DNA from: Nitrosopumilus sp. | GTDB taxonomy: Archaea > Thermoproteota > Nitrososphaeria > Nitrososphaerales > Nitrosopumilaceae | Direction: 5' to 3' | Assembly: GCA_965206745.1 (NCBI GenBank) | Contig: OZ242220.1 | Span: 640,001-704,000, forward strand | Length of the DNA: 64,000 nucleotides | In this document: one piece after another, positions 60,475-64,000 of the stretch | Numbering within the stretch: the first letter of the stretch is position 1 | Layout of the letters: the number at the start of each line of letters is the position of its first letter | Made by a program: the position numbers and the translations under genes | Notes under the pieces: model-generated | The model's input: the letters and a program-made list of their open reading frames with translations, nothing else | Told to the model about the DNA's origin: nothing | Databases searched by the model: none

Positions 60475-61795
60475 AGGTCTTAAGAGTAGTCTCGGGGATG
60501 CAATCAAAAAAATTGTAAAGTCTTCAAGCATAGACGAGGAATTAATCAAAGAATTATCCAGAGATGTTGGAAGAGCCTTGCTGAGATCTGACGTGGATGC
60601 CCACCTTGTTGTTGAAATTACAGGACATCTAGAACAGCGTGCCCTAAATGAGATTCCTCCCCCTGGGCTATCTAGAAAAGATCACATTGTAAAGATACTG
60701 TATGATGAACTTTCAAAATTACTTGGGAGTGAATCTGAATTTGACTTTAAACCTGGGCAACAAAATAAGGTTGTCTTACTTGGAATTCAAGGCAGTGGTA
60801 AAACCACTATTACATCAAAACTGGCAAAATTTCTAACCGACCAGGGACACAAAGTTGGAGTTATAGGTGCTGATACCTACAGGCCCGGCGCATTGGTCCA
60901 ATTAAAAACAATGTGTGAAAAGTCAAATGTTGAAGTATATGGTGAGGAAAACAACAAGGATTCCCCCAACATTGTGAAGAACGGCCTTAAACATTTTGCA
61001 GGTCAACCGTTGGATGTTGTCCTAATTGATACTGCCGGACGTCATAAAGAAGAGCAAGACCTTCTTGAGGAAATGGAGAGAATTAATCAGGCAGCAGATC
61101 CTGACTTGGCTTTGCTTGTAATTGATGGCACTATTGGACAACAATGTTCCAATCAAGCTAAGGCGTTTCACAAAACCATCCCCGTAGGCGGTGTCATTAT
61201 CACTAAACTGGATAGTTCTGCAAAGGGCGGCGGTGCACTTGCGGCTTCGGCGGCTACCGGTGCACAAATAATGTACATCGGAACTGGCGAGAGAATAGAC
61301 GATTTGGAAAAATTCTCCCCCACTAGATTTGTTGGGCGATTACTTGGCATGGGTGACATTCAGGCCATATTGGATTTAGCTAAACGATTAGAAGACGAAG
61401 GCGATGACGTTAGAATGAAGAGAATCTATGGTGGGAAAATGAACATGGATGATTTCTTTTACCAGCTTGAAGAGGTTAACAAGGTTGGTTCTATGCAGGG
61501 ATTTCTTGACAGCATGCCTGGTCTGTCTGGAATGGTAAAAGGTGATCAGGTAGATCAAATGGAGAACAAAGTCTCAAAATGGCGATATGTCATTCAAAGC
61601 ATGACCGACGCAGAAAAAGCAGATCCAGATTTATTGAAGAGTTCGAGAATCAAAAGAATCGCTCGTGGCTCTGGTTGGCCAGAAAGTGACGTCAAGGAGT
61701 TGATCAAAACCTATAACAGTTCTAAGACCATGATGAAGAACTCCAAAGGCCGTCAAATGCAAGGAACTCTTAGAAAAATGGGCTTGGGCAGTTAA
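60467..61795 (+). CDS. srp54: Signal recognition particle protein SRP54
   Basis: GIQGSGKTT, DTAGRH, TKLD, LLGMGD, Met-rich M domain, RIARGSG. Confidence 0.96.
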   Translation: MLEGLKSSLGDAIKKIVKSSSIDEELIKELSRDVGRALLRSDVDAHLVVEITGHLEQRALNEIPPPGLSRKDHIVKILYDELSKLLGSESEFDFKPGQQNKVVLLGIQGSGKTTITSKLAKFLTDQGHKVGVIGADTYRPGALVQLKTMCEKSNVEVYGEENNKDSPNIVKNGLKHFAGQPLDVVLIDTAGRHKEEQDLLEEMERINQAADPDLALLVIDGTIGQQCSNQAKAFHKTIPVGGVIITKLDSSAKGGGALAASAATGAQIMYIGTGERIDDLEKFSPTRFVGRLLGMGDIQAILDLAKRLEDEGDDVRMKRIYGGKMNMDDFFYQLEEVNKVGSMQGFLDSMPGLSGMVKGDQVDQMENKVSKWRYVIQSMTDAEKADPDLLKSSRIKRIARGSGWPESDVKELIKTYNSSKTMMKNSKGRQMQGTLRKMGLGS

Positions 61796-61813
61796 TTAAA
61801 ATTCCAGACAGGC

Positions 61814-62950
61814 ATGTCTAACTATCAACAAATCGTTCCCATAGCGAACAAAATTCTTAAAAAATACGATTTATGTGATCATTGCTTAGGCAGACTGTTC
61901 TCCAAACAATTGCGTCTATCTTCCAATAAGCTGCTTGGGAAGAAACTAAACCAAAATTCCATGGAAAAATGCTATGTGTGTAGGGATCTCTTTGACGGCC
62001 TTGATCATTTCTTAAAGTTGATGCTTGAGGCATCATCTGGTTACTCTTTTAAAACATTCAGTGTCGGTGCTATGATAAAGCCCTCCATTATAGACAGGGA
62101 CGATTCCATCAGATCACAATACAAACTAAAAGGCATTGATAGCATTAAAACTGACATTACAAGAGAACTGGGAAAATTCTACTCTAAACGGACCAAAAAA
62201 ACAATTGATCATCTGGATCCTGAAATTACATTTACAGTCAATTTGAAAGACGAGTCATGCGAACTGCGTTCAAAATCCATCACTCTTTTTGGAAGGTATG
62301 TCAAGTCTGAAAGGGGAATCCTGCAAAAACAAAAAGCGTGCGATAACTGTTCCGGTAAAGGGTGCAGGGCTTGTGATTTTCATGGTATTGCAGAATTTGA
62401 CAGTGTTGAGGGTAAAATCTCCAAATTAATTTTTAAAAAGTTTGGTGGAACAACTGCAAAATTTACTTGGATCGGAGGTGAGGATAAATCCAGCCTAGTT
62501 TTGGGAACCGGGCGTCCATTTTTTGTCAAAATCCAAAACCCATCAAAAAGGAATGCAAAGTTGCCTGATGTAACAGTTGACTCAGTTAAAATCAGCCACT
62601 TAAAATTTGTCTACGAATCTCCAAAAAATCCCCTGAAATTCAATTCCACCATCAGTGTAAAAATATCTACTGAATCTCAGGTTGATTTAAAAAAATTAAA
62701 AAAACTAAACGATCTCCTTATCAACCCTGTGGTAGTTTATGACAGGTCTGGAAAACGATCTGAGAAGAAAATTCTTGATGTAAAATTTAAAAAAAATTCA
62801 AAGAACATGTTCACCCTCACTATCAAGGCTGAGGGGGGCTTGCCAATCAAACGATTTGTCGTTGGTGATCAAGTTACTTCCGGAATCTCACAAATTCTCG
62901 ATACTCCATGTGTATGCCAAGAATTTGATTTTTTGGATATTGAAGTGTGA
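61814..62950 (+). CDS. pus10: Pus10-like tRNA pseudouridine synthase (divergent active site)
   Basis: LCDHCLGR, THUMP-like region, GRYVK, GGED...LGTGRPF. Confidence 0.82.
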   Translation: MSNYQQIVPIANKILKKYDLCDHCLGRLFSKQLRLSSNKLLGKKLNQNSMEKCYVCRDLFDGLDHFLKLMLEASSGYSFKTFSVGAMIKPSIIDRDDSIRSQYKLKGIDSIKTDITRELGKFYSKRTKKTIDHLDPEITFTVNLKDESCELRSKSITLFGRYVKSERGILQKQKACDNCSGKGCRACDFHGIAEFDSVEGKISKLIFKKFGGTTAKFTWIGGEDKSSLVLGTGRPFFVKIQNPSKRNAKLPDVTVDSVKISHLKFVYESPKNPLKFNSTISVKISTESQVDLKKLKKLNDLLINPVVVYDRSGKRSEKKILDVKFKKNSKNMFTLTIKAEGGLPIKRFVVGDQVTSGISQILDTPCVCQEFDFLDIEV

Positions 62951-63307
62951 CGTGACTGTCTCTTTTTTGATACTCTCTCATCATGATACCCTACTAATCC
63001 CTACATGATGGGCAATCTCATCTCGTGGCGTAACAATTCTCTTGATATTGTGATGCATCTGTTATAATCTGCATGTGCAAAGAAGAAACAAATGGCATCA
63101 GGATACTGTATCTTTGGCCTGGGTGATCCTGGTGTTTCCAGTACTGCTGATTCTGATGCTTTTTGGGTGTTTTTGGCCTTTTCCTGATTGCAAATTCATT
63201 CCTATTTGATGTGTGATTTTGTGTTTTGATGTGGCAGAAAAAGTCAATTTGTGGACAATATCTGAATCATGATAACAATTAACTAGCACTAAATATCCCA
63301 ATTTGTC

Positions 63308-63400
63308 ATGCCAATAAGAAAAAAAAATAAGCATCTAAGACATGCTGATCAAAGAGCTGAGACACGCAAGAAAAAGAAAGCCGGCAAACCGCGTTCCTGA
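63308..63400 (+). CDS. 30-aa highly basic micro-protein
   Basis: MPIRKKNKHLRHADQRAETRKKKKAGKPRS; AT-rich promoter-like sequence upstream, T-run downstream. Confidence 0.5.
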   Translation: MPIRKKNKHLRHADQRAETRKKKKAGKPRS

Positions 63401-63442
63401 TCTAATCAACCTTTTTACATTGAAAATTATCGAGGGGTAATA

Positions 63443-64000
63443 TTGGATCCACTAGTACGTTTCAAAGATGCACATGCCAAAGAGCTCATTCCTGACGGTG
63501 TATTTGATCTAACTGTGAGTCGATTCCCAATTGTCATTGCTGGAATTAATCGAATCGAGAAAGCATCTGGCATTAGATTCCCTATAGCATATGTTGAGCC
63601 CTCTTTGGTTATTTCATCCCCTAATCCCAATTCATACGAGTTTGGAATATTGTTTGCAAGAACAATCCCTGTGGTGTTTGAGGAGAAATTTCAGGTTGTC
63701 ATTCAAATTTCTGCACCTTTGATTGCTTATGGTCTTAAAGGCACCATTCATGCTATTCTTGCTCATGAGTTTCTGCATTTTTTGGATCTGATGAGAAAGA
63801 TCTCAAAAATGGAGCTGCTATCTGATGAGATTTCTGGAAATTTGTTTGAAAATGTTTACAGTGATGAAACCAGATTGTTTGAACCTCGTGTCGTGTTCAA
63901 AGATCGTACTTTGTTAAACCACATCACAAAAAAATTCCCCGCTGGATTTCGTGATTTTAAGCTTGAAGATAAGGTAATGAAATTTTGGGCTGAGAAAAAT
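63443..64000 (+). CDS. HExxH-containing hypothetical protein (runs off window end)
   Basis: TTG start MDPLVRFKDAH..., open to the end, ILAHEFLH. Confidence 0.75.
   Translation, partial: MDPLVRFKDAHAKELIPDGVFDLTVSRFPIVIAGINRIEKASGIRFPIAYVEPSLVISSPNPNSYEFGILFARTIPVVFEEKFQVVIQISAPLIAYGLKGTIHAILAHEFLHFLDLMRKISKMELLSDEISGNLFENVYSDETRLFEPRVVFKDRTLLNHITKKFPAGFRDFKLEDKVMKFWAEKN

Overview
Chromosomal window from an ammonia-oxidising archaeon (Nitrososphaerota/Thaumarchaeota, Nitrosopumilaceae-like). The assignment rests on gene content: thaumarchaeal NirK, divergent FtsZ, split MetH, LysW/LysX, L15e/L31e/L39e/S8e, Rpo7/Spt4, SRP54, an intron-containing tRNA-Tyr, and frequent TTG/GTG or leaderless starts. 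Most of the window is housekeeping. The main accessory region is an island at about 25.1-35.7 kb, followed by a nurA-herA-mre11-rad50 operon. The island encodes a DEDD-like exonuclease, a DUF6293/HFX_2341-type (CARF-like + wHTH) regulator, a PIN nuclease, small peptides, a DUF4011-SF1 helicase-Vsr-like protein and a UvrD-PD-(D/E)xK protein. Three copies of a 42-bp element with the palindrome AGTATGCATACT each sit exactly 20 nt from an ATG. Two copies drive an unannotated, duplicated acidic micro-protein (core YPRIIREFEDE), and the third drives the PIN operon while overlapping the regulator's own start, which suggests an undescribed regulon. Other notable features: a ~400-nt highly base-paired intergenic RNA candidate upstream of rpl15e, a perfect 54-bp tandem repeat on L31e, and a decayed IS4/ISH3-like transposase beside tRNA-Tyr. 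All family calls come from motif recognition by eye; no searches were run.
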